Origin: an uncultured bacterium | GTDB taxonomy: Bacteria > Verrucomicrobiota > Verrucomicrobiia > Verrucomicrobiales > DEV007 | Reading direction: 5' to 3' | Assembly: GCA_963977015.1 (NCBI GenBank) | Contig: CAXBMO010000001.1 | Coordinates: 1 to 64,000 of the forward strand | DNA length: 64,000 nt | Notes under the pieces: generated by a model | The model's input: the letters and a program-made list of their open reading frames with translations, nothing else | Told to the model about the DNA's origin: nothing | Databases searched by the model: none | Program-made: the position numbers and the translations under genes | Part shown: positions 9,882 through 18,879 of the stretch, one piece after another | How the letters are laid out: each line of letters begins with the position of its first letter | Numbering within the stretch: the stretch's first letter is position 1

Positions 9882-10307
9882 TCAAGGGGCGGTGGGGCTT
9901 TCGGCTTCACCTGAGTCGGGCTCAACCGTGAGCACCACATTCCAATCCCGCGCCAGTTTGCCGAGAAACTCGTCAAATCCCTTTTCCTGTTCGGGCTCGA
10001 GAATCTCCCGAATTTTTGGCCCGTGAGTGCGGACGATCGTGGCCAATTGCCGACGGGTTGAATTTCGAATCGGGACAATATCCTCGATCATGGACTCCAG
10101 AACGACGGAAATTTCATCGTGCTGTGTTTCAGTGAGGTTCAGCTTGCGATCCAAATGCTTGAGCACCATCGCGTGTCCCACCTTGGGATCTTCCATCTTC
10201 TTTTTGGCCCCTTGAGCGATGACAATCGTTCCAACCACGCCGAAAACCGTTCCGGCGACAAACGTCAGCAATATTCCGAGGGCGAATTTCCACCAGTTTC
10301 GTTTCAT
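9882..10307 (-). CDS. Membrane-anchored periplasmic Spy/CpxP-like (heavy-metal-sensor-like) protein
   Basis: N-terminal TM; LNLTETQ and LEPEQ (LTxxQ-like) motifs; ATG 10307 overlaps the upstream stop (ATGA). Confidence 0.65.
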   Translation of the reverse strand: MKRNWWKFALGILLTFVAGTVFGVVGTIVIAQGAKKKMEDPKVGHAMVLKHLDRKLNLTETQHDEISVVLESMIEDIVPIRNSTRRQLATIVRTHGPKIREILEPEQEKGFDEFLGKLARDWNVVLTVEPDSGEAESPTAP

Positions 10308-10618
10308 GGCAAAATCTGGGTTGAAGGCCAACTCGCGTTTTGAACCAGCGCGGATAATGCCCAATCCGTGCTGACTACGTCCAAATCAGCCTGAAACCAG
10401 GCCCAACTGCCAAGCGCGAGGGCAAGAGTCAAGGAAACGAAGGCTCCCCGAAGGAATGCATTCGCCCACTGGCCGAGGCTGTCCTCTGAGCGGCTTGCAG
10501 ACCTCAGGGTTGTCATGACTCGAGTTTGCAGACCCAAGGCCACTTGGGCGGCGTCCTGATCCATGGCAGGCTTCGCGGATTCAAAAAGCCGATGAAGTTG
10601 GTCGTGTTCAGTTTCCAT
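10304..10618 (-). CDS. Putative single-TM anti-sigma factor
   Basis: 104 aa, one TM helix, start overlaps the end of the ECF sigma gene. Confidence 0.6.
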   Translation of the reverse strand: METEHDQLHRLFESAKPAMDQDAAQVALGLQTRVMTTLRSASRSEDSLGQWANAFLRGAFVSLTLALALGSWAWFQADLDVVSTDWALSALVQNASWPSTQILP

Positions 10619-11180
10619 ATCCTAATTCGATCAAATGTTCCTTCAGGCGATTTCGGGCGCGCATGGCCCGGACCTTCACGTTGCTGACGGACCAGCCCGT
10701 CAACTCGGCAATCTCTCGCACGCTCTTGTTTTCCAGTTCCCGGAGCGTCAGAATCAGCTGATCCTTCGGCTTAAGGCACCTCATGCCATGTTGAAGCACC
10801 TCGCGAGCTTCCCCCGCATCCAGATCGGCGTTCTCGGTCGATTCTTCGGTCAGTCGCTCGTTCTTTTCGTTCACCAACTCGCGGGAAATCTCGTTGTCCC
10901 GAAATCGGCGATTCTTCCGCAAAAAGTCATAGCAAACGCGGACCGCCAACCGCATCAGCCAATGTTCAAACGGCGCTGTCGCTTTGAATGTGGGGAGTCC
11001 CTTCCAAGCCTTCAGAAAAATGTCCTGGCTCAAATCCTCGAGTTCGTGACGATTCCTCGCAAACCGGGATGCGGTTCCCAGAATTCGGGACTGGTATCGA
11101 TCCACAAGCACGCTGAATGCCTGGGGATCGCCTCCCAGCGAATGCCGTACAATCTCCTCGTCGCTGTGGTCCTCTGTCAT
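10608..11180 (-). CDS. ECF (sigma-70 group 4) RNA polymerase sigma factor
   Basis: DEEIV...GD..AF..LV.RY, EDLSQDIFLKAW, F..WL.R.A, S..EIA...G.S...VK.R..RAR. Start 11180 (alternative 11225). Confidence 0.92.
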   Translation of the reverse strand: MTEDHSDEEIVRHSLGGDPQAFSVLVDRYQSRILGTASRFARNRHELEDLSQDIFLKAWKGLPTFKATAPFEHWLMRLAVRVCYDFLRKNRRFRDNEISRELVNEKNERLTEESTENADLDAGEAREVLQHGMRCLKPKDQLILTLRELENKSVREIAELTGWSVSNVKVRAMRARNRLKEHLIELGYGN

Positions 11181-11317
11181 CGTCGAAGCTGTGGATTGCA
11201 AGCGCAAGGCATGCGCCTTGCGCATCGGCGGAGAACCCGACAGGCAGGGGGAGCAAGGCAAACTGAGATTGGCCGCGACACTTAGAACCATTTTTCCAAG
11301 AAGTTTCTTTTCTTCCA

Positions 11318-11344
11318 AGACTCAATCTGGAGAAAATGGGTTAC
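11318..11344 (-). promoter_or_regulatory. Candidate ECF-sigma promoter for the sigma operon
   Basis: Minus strand GTAACCCATTT-N12-GTCT, i.e. AAC-type -35 and GTCT-type -10; same motif and spacing at 35737-35763. Confidence 0.55.
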
Positions 11345-11399
11345 ATATTCTGTTGAATGAATTATGTAACTCCTGAACTCTCTGTTCTGACTTAAATCC

Positions 11400-12326
11400 A
11401 TGGAAGCCGAGTTGTGGCAACAACCTAAAGGCCTGAAAGCGAAGCTAGAAGGCAATTGTGTGATCGGGCGAAGTCCGGAAGCTGATATCAAGGTATTCAG
11501 TTCCCGGGTATCGCGGGAGCATGCCATGATTCGTCAGCAGGCGACAGGGTTTTGGCTCTATGATCTGGGGAGCGCAAACGGCACCATGCTCAACGATCGG
11601 GAGATTCCGCAACCGACTCAACTGAAGCATGGTGATTTGATCAGTTTGGCGGACATCACGTTTCTCTTTCATGTCCCGGAGGAGGCTGGCACAGCGTCGA
11701 GTGAGGAAGCGCTGACCGATACTCCGATGGCCACCGTGATTGGTGTTCGCAAAACGCCAATGGTGCTTCTGGTCACCGACATCATGAATTTCAGCGGTTT
11801 GTCGGAGCGACTTGGCGAAGAACGCGTCGCTCAGATCCTGAACGTTTGGTATGACGACTGCCGGGCAATCATGGACGAGAAGGAGGGGACGATCGATAAA
11901 TTCATGGGCGATGGAATGTTTGGGTATTGGACGAAAACGACGCCACAAGCCCGTTTCCAAGCCTTGGAAGCCGCAAAACTTCTCGCGGGAGGCCCGCGGA
12001 CGTTGCCCACGGAGGTTCGCCAATTCTTGGAATTTGAGCAGATCCCGGTTCGTTGTGGTGTTGGGCTTCATATTGGCGAAGCCGCCGTTGGTTCCGTGGC
12101 CCGCGGCACTCGCACGGCACTGGGAGACGCGGTGAACATGACCTTTCGGATCGAGTCGCTGACGCGTGAGCTGGGAACGCCAATCCTGACCAGCAGCACG
12201 TTTCTGAGTGGCTGGGATTCAGGGGGGACGGAATTTGAAAGCTTTGGGCTGCAGGCTCTGAAAGGATACACGGAGCAGATGGAGCTTTTTGGGGTCGTTG
12301 AAAGCCCCGAACCTGACGAAGCTTAG
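11400..12326 (+). CDS. FHA domain plus class III adenylate/guanylate cyclase
   Basis: FHA: IGR, SRVSREHA, DLGSANGT; cyclase: LVTDIMNFS, DKFMGDG, GLHIG, GDAVN..FRIE. Confidence 0.9.
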   Translation: MEAELWQQPKGLKAKLEGNCVIGRSPEADIKVFSSRVSREHAMIRQQATGFWLYDLGSANGTMLNDREIPQPTQLKHGDLISLADITFLFHVPEEAGTASSEEALTDTPMATVIGVRKTPMVLLVTDIMNFSGLSERLGEERVAQILNVWYDDCRAIMDEKEGTIDKFMGDGMFGYWTKTTPQARFQALEAAKLLAGGPRTLPTEVRQFLEFEQIPVRCGVGLHIGEAAVGSVARGTRTALGDAVNMTFRIESLTRELGTPILTSSTFLSGWDSGGTEFESFGLQALKGYTEQMELFGVVESPEPDEA

Positions 12327-12461
12327 AGCAGAGATCGGGAAAGGAAGGGGCCTTGGAGTGCCGGGCTGATCCTGCGACGCACCGCTTGGACGCGATCTTT
12401 TCGCGCTGAAATCCCCCGAGTCTGGAAACTCTGCCAGGATCCCAGGCGCAACCGAATGCAC

Positions 12462-12493
12462 AAAAAACCCGGAGCCCTCAACGAGCTCCGGGT
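12462..12493 (-). terminator. Rho-independent terminator after the DUF1501 gene
   Basis: ACCCGGAGC-loop-GCTCCGGGT stem with flanking A-run (U-tract on minus strand), 35 nt past the stop at 12528. Confidence 0.8.
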
Positions 12494-12527
12494 CTGAAAC
12501 GTGGTCAAAATGTTCTGACCTCTCGGC

Positions 12528-13847
12528 TTACGCCATGCCAAAGAATGGCATGATTGGCTTGCCGTCAGGAATGATCTTCTTCGTCTTGGGATCTTCAGAG
12601 TGACCTGCGACAAGGAATGGACGTCCTGATGGAGCAAACACAATCTCGTCCAAGGGAATTCCAAGCGCCATCGCGATGGTCGCGTTGTAGTCCTCTGGAG
12701 TGACCGGGTTTTCTTCAGGTGCGTATCCGTTCTTGTCGGACTTGCCGTACTTCTGACCACCAACGATTCCGCCACCGGCCATCACACCGGAGAAACAGCG
12801 TGGGAAGTGGTCGCGGCCAGCGTTGGCGTTGATCTTGTTGGTCCGACCAAACTCAGTTCCGACAACAATCAGAGTTTCGTCAAGTTTGCCGATTGCCTGA
12901 AGGCGGTCGATCAGTCCGGACATCGCATCATCCAAAGCCCTTGCGGGGTTCTGGAACGCTGTCTGGATGTTCTGGTGGTTATCACATCCGCCACCGGAGA
13001 TACGGACGGCTCCAACACCTTTCTCGACGAGGCGAGCAGCAAGCAAAGCGCCCTGGCCCATGCGACCCATGCCGAATTTCTGGCGCTCGGCATTGCTCTC
13101 CTTACTCAAGTCGAAGACGTCAAGGTCATCGCTCTTCAGGAAAGACATGGTGTTGTCATAATATTCGCTGTAAGCCTCCACTTCGTGGGTCGCAAACTTG
13201 GACTCGAAAGAGCGGTTGAAGGTATTTAGTGCTTCGATTCGCTTTTTCTCACGAGAAGCATCAACCGGAGACATGGAGTCTGGGAGACCGCGATTTGGAT
13301 CGCCAATTGGAAGCGGCGCATAGGCTGGGCCCATGAAACCGGAACCGGGAAGAGCGCCACCACCTACGACAAACGAAGAAGGCAGATTGGACTCCTCATT
13401 GGGGCCGTGGAACTTCTGCTTCCAGGCTGCCATTTCAGGGTGAACGATTGTCGCCCGCTTCTGGTAACCGGTCAGCATCCAGTAGCGTCCGCCGTCGTGA
13501 GCACCGGTTTTCTGGGTCAGCGTGTTTACGATCGCAAGCTTGTCAGCCATTTTGGCCAAGCGTGGGAAGTAAGAACCAACGCGAATGCCATCGACGTTTG
13601 TGGCGATCGAACCAATTGGACCAGCAATATCCGAAGGAGCATCTGGCTTGGGGTCGAAGCTGTCGATGTGAGTCATTCCCCCACCCATATAGAGGTAGAT
13701 GAGGTGTTTTGCCTTGCCTGCGGTGCCGTTCGCAGCCATGGCGCGATCGACAACGGGCATCATGCTAAGGCCCAAAGCAGCTTTCGCCGTGTTGGCCGCA
13801 AATTGGCGGCGCGAAAGCGGGTCGAGTTTTTTCAATTCGTCTTTCAT
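12528..13847 (-). CDS. DUF1501 domain-containing protein (Tat signal)
   Basis: LSRRQF; AKHLIYLYMGGGMTHIDSFDPKP, EFGRT, GRDH; ATG 13847. Confidence 0.9.
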   Translation of the reverse strand: MKDELKKLDPLSRRQFAANTAKAALGLSMMPVVDRAMAANGTAGKAKHLIYLYMGGGMTHIDSFDPKPDAPSDIAGPIGSIATNVDGIRVGSYFPRLAKMADKLAIVNTLTQKTGAHDGGRYWMLTGYQKRATIVHPEMAAWKQKFHGPNEESNLPSSFVVGGGALPGSGFMGPAYAPLPIGDPNRGLPDSMSPVDASREKKRIEALNTFNRSFESKFATHEVEAYSEYYDNTMSFLKSDDLDVFDLSKESNAERQKFGMGRMGQGALLAARLVEKGVGAVRISGGGCDNHQNIQTAFQNPARALDDAMSGLIDRLQAIGKLDETLIVVGTEFGRTNKINANAGRDHFPRCFSGVMAGGGIVGGQKYGKSDKNGYAPEENPVTPEDYNATIAMALGIPLDEIVFAPSGRPFLVAGHSEDPKTKKIIPDGKPIMPFFGMA

Positions 13848-13902
13848 AATGGGAAGTGTGCAGTTATAGGATTTTTTTGGGATAGATAGAGGTGGGGATT
13901 GT

Positions 13903-16074
13903 TTACTGGATGAACATGAATTCGCGGGTGTTGAGCAGGGCCCAGAGCAGGTCGCTGTAGTCATCACCCTGAACCAGGTTTTTGGCTTGGCTCGCCTCGT
14001 CGGAGGTCGGCTTGCGGTTCAGCACGCTGAGGAAAACAACGTTAACGCCATCGGCCTGGCTTTTGGCTGCTTTCGCGTTGCGCACCACAGCGGTTTCGTC
14101 GCGAACCATGGTCTTGTTGGTCAGGTCGCCATTGAGCATGAACATCACCTGAGGAACTGAACCCACGGTGTTGGCATTCTCGATGATCAGCTTGTCCGAC
14201 TGGCCAAACTTGAAGAGCATCGAACCAACTGGGGCAGGGAGACGCTGCTCGGAAGCGCGAATCATGCCGCCCCGGCCCCGGTTTCCGCCCATTGCGGCCA
14301 TGTCCATGTCGCTCATTTCCATCATTTGAAGGCCGCCCATGGAATTGAACTTGTTTTTGAGAGCAAGGGCTTCATCAAAGCTCACCTTGGACCAGTCCGT
14401 CTGCATGAACGCCTGATAGTCTTCCAAGACACGAGTCCGAGCTGCCTCAGGCTTGTTGGTAGAGAGGGCAACCATGGAATCCCAGAGTTGTTCGGAGGTC
14501 ATCCGGCGAAGAACCGGAGCGGAGAAGTGGTATTCACCCTTGTCGACCTGAGCCATCGTTGGAGAACGGTGGTTGGCTTCCTGCTGGTAAGCGCGGCTGT
14601 TGTAGAGCGTGCGGAGGAAACCTTTGATGTCGTAGTCGAGACCCAGCATGATCTCTTCAAGATACTTGAGGAGTTCATAGTTTTGAGCTTGGCCATCCAA
14701 GTGCCCCGGAATGTTGTGAACGGGCTCGATTTGACCAAGACCAAAAGCGAATTTCCAGAGACGGTTGACGATGTTGATCGTGAAGCGGGGATGTTCCCTG
14801 TCAGTCATCCAATCCGCGAATGCCATCCGTGGATTCTCGAACTGCTCAAGTTCAACGACCTTCCCGAAATAGGCTGCCGGAGAAACGGCCTCCATTGGGT
14901 CGGCATCATCGTATTTGTAGTCGTGAGGCAAACGAACGCTACCGGTTGCGGCGTCGGTCGCTCCATAGCGGTAGGAGCTGAGAATGTCCTGAAGGTTCCG
15001 GTCAAAGCGCGGCATCGGTTGTTTTCCGGCATTTCTCTCTCTCCACTCCGTCTGATACTTTTTCAGCGCTGCTGAAGCTACTTTTCCTTCTTCAGAGGAA
15101 ACTCTGAGTTGTGCACCACCAAAGAAGGCGGCCATCCGATAGAAGTCCATCTGATAGACCTCCTCGAAAGGGTGATCGTGGCACTGTGCGCAGGTGATTT
15201 CTGTTCCCGTGAAAACCGTGAAGGTGTTCGAGAGATTACAAAGTGGCATTCCAATATCGGTGAGCATGTAACCCACCGCAGGATTCTCCCAGTAGGAACC
15301 CTGGCTTGCGACGAGTTCACTGACCCACTCATCCCAAGGGCGATTGGAGCGGATTTGATCTTTCGTCCAGTCGACATAGGCACCGGTCTTAATTCCATTA
15401 AGGCCGTTCATGCCGATTCCGTCGCGAATCCGAAGAAGGTCGGAAAGAAAGGTGAAGAAATGGCTGACAAAAGCTTCCGAATCGAGCAGTTCATCGATCA
15501 ATTGTGCTCGCTTGTCACGGCTGCGGTCCTCGAGGAACGCAACGGTCTCGTCGTAAGTTGGAATGCGTCCTCCAATATCGAGATAAACACGGCGAACAAA
15601 TTGCTCGTCCGTCATCACGCTTTTAAAGGTTGGGCTGTCTTGCGTTCCTGCGACCCCACCAGTCGGGAAGGTCATTTGTTGCAGATACTTTAATTCGTCG
15701 AGCTTCTTGGTTTTGTCTGCAGCGGTGAAGGCCGCGCTGGTTGGTGTCTCGTAGACCTTCTTGATTTCATCTCGAATCTCAATGTTAGCCTTGAGAAGCT
15801 TCGTCATGACCAGACGATCGATGTTCTTTGCGGCAGTCCCGGCATCGATGGGGGCATTGTCCCGGACGAACTTCTGGTCTGCGGCACTCAACAGATTGAG
15901 CGGGAAGGCCAGCGTTTTTCCGCTTTCCATTTTCATCAGGACTTTGCCATCCTTCATTCCGACCATTTCCGCAGTAACATTGCGGCCTTTGGTGTCTGTC
16001 CAGGTGCGCATTTCACCTGCCATAAGAGGGGCCGTGATTAAGCCAAGCACGGCTAGGGCTAGGAGTTTTTTCAT
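13903..16074 (-). CDS. DUF1549/DUF1553 protein with N-terminal SHD1-like domain
   Basis: Signal peptide; RTWTD.KG...A...L.LS.ADQ.FV (SHD1); D.QFVRRVYLDI.GRIPT, CAQCHDHPF, VNRLW..FG.G, RRMTSEQLWDS, DL.WALLN.EF.F. Confidence 0.88.
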   Translation of the reverse strand: MKKLLALAVLGLITAPLMAGEMRTWTDTKGRNVTAEMVGMKDGKVLMKMESGKTLAFPLNLLSAADQKFVRDNAPIDAGTAAKNIDRLVMTKLLKANIEIRDEIKKVYETPTSAAFTAADKTKKLDELKYLQQMTFPTGGVAGTQDSPTFKSVMTDEQFVRRVYLDIGGRIPTYDETVAFLEDRSRDKRAQLIDELLDSEAFVSHFFTFLSDLLRIRDGIGMNGLNGIKTGAYVDWTKDQIRSNRPWDEWVSELVASQGSYWENPAVGYMLTDIGMPLCNLSNTFTVFTGTEITCAQCHDHPFEEVYQMDFYRMAAFFGGAQLRVSSEEGKVASAALKKYQTEWRERNAGKQPMPRFDRNLQDILSSYRYGATDAATGSVRLPHDYKYDDADPMEAVSPAAYFGKVVELEQFENPRMAFADWMTDREHPRFTINIVNRLWKFAFGLGQIEPVHNIPGHLDGQAQNYELLKYLEEIMLGLDYDIKGFLRTLYNSRAYQQEANHRSPTMAQVDKGEYHFSAPVLRRMTSEQLWDSMVALSTNKPEAARTRVLEDYQAFMQTDWSKVSFDEALALKNKFNSMGGLQMMEMSDMDMAAMGGNRGRGGMIRASEQRLPAPVGSMLFKFGQSDKLIIENANTVGSVPQVMFMLNGDLTNKTMVRDETAVVRNAKAAKSQADGVNVVFLSVLNRKPTSDEASQAKNLVQGDDYSDLLWALLNTREFMFIQ

Positions 16075-16248
16075 AGTGGGTTCTAGAGTGAGACAGTGTG
16101 GTTTGATTTTCGCGAAACTCGTAACATACGATGGTGAAACGGGCCGTTGAAGATTATTTTCTCAACTATCAGTAGAAAAATCGCACTGATTTGGATTTTT
16201 GCCAAGAAAAGGCACTTGGTGCCAGGGGCCGAGACATCCTGACGCCAC

Positions 16249-16280
16249 AAAAAAACCGCCTGACTATAAAGTCAGGCGGT
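16249..16280 (-). terminator. Rho-independent terminator after the PPC-domain gene
   Basis: Perfect 11-bp stem ACCGCCTGACT-ataa-AGTCAGGCGGT preceded by an A-run (U-tract on minus strand). Confidence 0.88.
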
Positions 16281-16314
16281 CTTGGTAATTTGTAGAGCTA
16301 AACTAAGTGGCAGG

Positions 16315-18861
16315 TTATTTTCCTTCTTCCGCCTGCTTTTTGGCTTCGAGGCGAAGTTGCTCGAGGCGGGAAAGTGGTTTTTCCACTTTGGGCTTCGGCG
16401 CTGGGGCTTTGGCGTCTGCGGTTTTAACCGGTGCCGGCTTGGCCGGTTCCTTGGGTTTGGGGTCAACGCGAACGATGCCGCCCATCCCTGCTCTCTGGTT
16501 CAATGTCTTGTCACCATCTTTGAAATCGATCTGGCAGAAAAGGTTCTTGTGCTGACCAACTCGAGCACCTTCCTCGGTGGCGATTTTAAAGACCAGCTTA
16601 TCCTGCCCATTTTTCAAAATGGCGTCTTGGGTTGATGTTTTCGGCGGGAGTCCCATCAGCTTGACGGTTGCGTCGCCGCTGAAATCGCGAACGGCTTCCA
16701 CGTCAATGATCATATCCCCACTTTGGCCCTGCTTTACGCTAGCCATGTTGATCTTCATTTTGACGAAGTGATCTTCGATCGTTAGATCGGTCAGAGCAGA
16801 GGCGGTTCTGACCAGACCTTTCCCCGCATCAGCTTCGGCGAGAACAACCACTTTCCAGGTTCGGGTCTCAGCAGTTCCATTGCAGTTGAGCGAAAAGACC
16901 CCTTCTGTTTTGCCCTCGGGAATGGTGACCGTGCTATTGCAACTGATTCCCGGAGGTCGCCAGAGCCAACGAACGACGATGGGTTTGGTAAATCCCTCTT
17001 TCCGCGTTGCCCGCACGGTAACCTTTGTCTGACCGTCCCTCAGGATCGGCTGATCCGGCTTGACGATGTCGATGGTAAAGGGGGCTTCCTCGGCAACTGC
17101 AACCGGAAGCTGATCTTCGGTCCGGGTGTAGTAGAGCGTTCCGTTGGGATTCCCCCGGACGTAATCCATCAATTGAGTGTACTGACCGGACAAAGGCTTT
17201 TCCTTATCCGTGCTGTGGGCAAAGAGTCGGCTCAATTTTCCACCAATCGGTGCGTCGGCCTTCGCTTCAAACACAATCGGATACTGGGTCACATTGGCCG
17301 GAAGCAAATCGGCAGAAAAGGTGATTCCTGCTGGAAGATCCTTTACCTCAAAATTGGCATCGCAACGGACTCCCTGGCGGGTGACGTTCACAACGGTCGC
17401 AAACCGGCCGCCTCGAGGCACGGTCATCGACTTCCGGAACTGATTGTCCCGTTGCGTGAATTCAGGCATCGTGACAACAAGTGCGGGTTCGGTCGCTTCG
17501 GTTTCGATGCGGTAGACATAGTCCTCTCCGCCACGTTTGAGCATATCGTAGATTCTCACCCAGTAATCGCCGTCTGCTGGAGCGGTGAAGTCATAGCGGC
17601 TGTCAGCAGAGCCGTCGGCATCGTCACTGCTACCAATGGTGGTGATGGACTTGTCCTTGGGCGCAAAAATATGCATCACCGGATCAACCGGCGAGTTGAT
17701 CTTCTTGGCATGAGCCCTGAAGCGGAACTTCTGGCCCTTTTTCGCGGTAAACCGGAAATAGTCGTAATCAGGGATGACGTTGCCGTCTGCATCCGTTTTG
17801 GATTGAAGGATTCCGTTGAAAGCCAATGGCAGGCTTCCTGAACTCTCCTTAATGGTCGCCCAGCTTTCGTTGTTGGACTCATCTTCAAGGACGTTGTCGT
17901 AATTGACGACTCGGAAGGTGTTGGCGGAAGGCGGAAGTTGCCCTTCGTGCTCGGCAAAGACTCCGAAATCATCCGTCGGCTCGCTGGGAACCTGAACCTT
18001 GGTCTTGTAGTCGCCCTTCACGTCGCCAATCAGAGTGACTTCAACACTTGAACCCGCCTTTCCTCCGGCAGGGTAAATGGCTTTCGGTCTTGGGAATGTC
18101 CCGATGTGGGCCCGGTATCGACCATCTCCCTGATAGGACGCATCCCGTATTAACAGAATGTATTCGCCATCTTCGGGAGCGATGAGAGAAACGTAACAGT
18201 CCTGCTTCAGAAGTGGAGTGTCATCGGAAGAAACCAGCTCAAACCGATCCGCATTGAGGATCGCGCAATAGGGATCAATTCCCACACGGTTCCTGATGGA
18301 GTTGGCTCGAAGCCCCTCGACTTCGGCGCTGATTCGTTGGCCCTTTTTAGCCGTGAAACGGTAGTAATCAGCCGTTTCGGGTTTGGAGTAGCCGTCGATG
18401 GTCGAATTGAGGACCACGTCCTGAGGAGTCTCGAACTCATTGTTGGGTTCGGCTTCAAGGGTGTTGGGAAACTGAGAGACCCAAAAACGCCGAGCGTAGG
18501 AAACACCGCTCTTGGTTCGAACGCGAAAGGCATGCTCACCCAACTTGGCGTCTGGTGCGATGACAAATTTCACGTGGAAAAAGCGTCCGCTGTTCTTCTC
18601 GTCGTGCTTGATTTCCTTCCAAGTAATCCCGGGTTGGTGAAAAAGGATTTCTTCGGCATCCCAAAGTCGACTTCCAACCAACTTCACCTCGATCTCGGTG
18701 CCGCGCTGCCCGCCGCGCGGTTCAGCGTATTGAAAGTCGGGGCTTGCGGCATGGAGCAGGGATCCCATTGGCAAACATGCCCACAGCGCTAAGGCGGTGA
18801 GCATGTTGCGAAGGAGAAAACCTGTTCCAGCGGCTGTAATGTTGCAGCTGCTTGTTTTCAT
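16315..18861 (-). CDS. Secreted PPC (pre-peptidase C-terminal) / Ig-like repeat protein typical of DUF1501 loci
   Basis: P.GGQRGT..EV..G, E.EPN, D.Y.F.AKKGQ repeats, APEDGEY/APADGDY; Lys/Pro-rich tail; no recognisable catalytic domain. Confidence 0.8.
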   Translation of the reverse strand: MKTSSCNITAAGTGFLLRNMLTALALWACLPMGSLLHAASPDFQYAEPRGGQRGTEIEVKLVGSRLWDAEEILFHQPGITWKEIKHDEKNSGRFFHVKFVIAPDAKLGEHAFRVRTKSGVSYARRFWVSQFPNTLEAEPNNEFETPQDVVLNSTIDGYSKPETADYYRFTAKKGQRISAEVEGLRANSIRNRVGIDPYCAILNADRFELVSSDDTPLLKQDCYVSLIAPEDGEYILLIRDASYQGDGRYRAHIGTFPRPKAIYPAGGKAGSSVEVTLIGDVKGDYKTKVQVPSEPTDDFGVFAEHEGQLPPSANTFRVVNYDNVLEDESNNESWATIKESSGSLPLAFNGILQSKTDADGNVIPDYDYFRFTAKKGQKFRFRAHAKKINSPVDPVMHIFAPKDKSITTIGSSDDADGSADSRYDFTAPADGDYWVRIYDMLKRGGEDYVYRIETEATEPALVVTMPEFTQRDNQFRKSMTVPRGGRFATVVNVTRQGVRCDANFEVKDLPAGITFSADLLPANVTQYPIVFEAKADAPIGGKLSRLFAHSTDKEKPLSGQYTQLMDYVRGNPNGTLYYTRTEDQLPVAVAEEAPFTIDIVKPDQPILRDGQTKVTVRATRKEGFTKPIVVRWLWRPPGISCNSTVTIPEGKTEGVFSLNCNGTAETRTWKVVVLAEADAGKGLVRTASALTDLTIEDHFVKMKINMASVKQGQSGDMIIDVEAVRDFSGDATVKLMGLPPKTSTQDAILKNGQDKLVFKIATEEGARVGQHKNLFCQIDFKDGDKTLNQRAGMGGIVRVDPKPKEPAKPAPVKTADAKAPAPKPKVEKPLSRLEQLRLEAKKQAEEGK

Positions 18862-18879
18862 TATGTAAGGATTATTCGG

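Noticed and set aside
11345-11372. dif-like site (TTATGTAACT resembles a XerD arm)
   Set aside because: The XerC arm position does not match (no ATAA before a 6-nt spacer); better explained as an inverted repeat or promoter.
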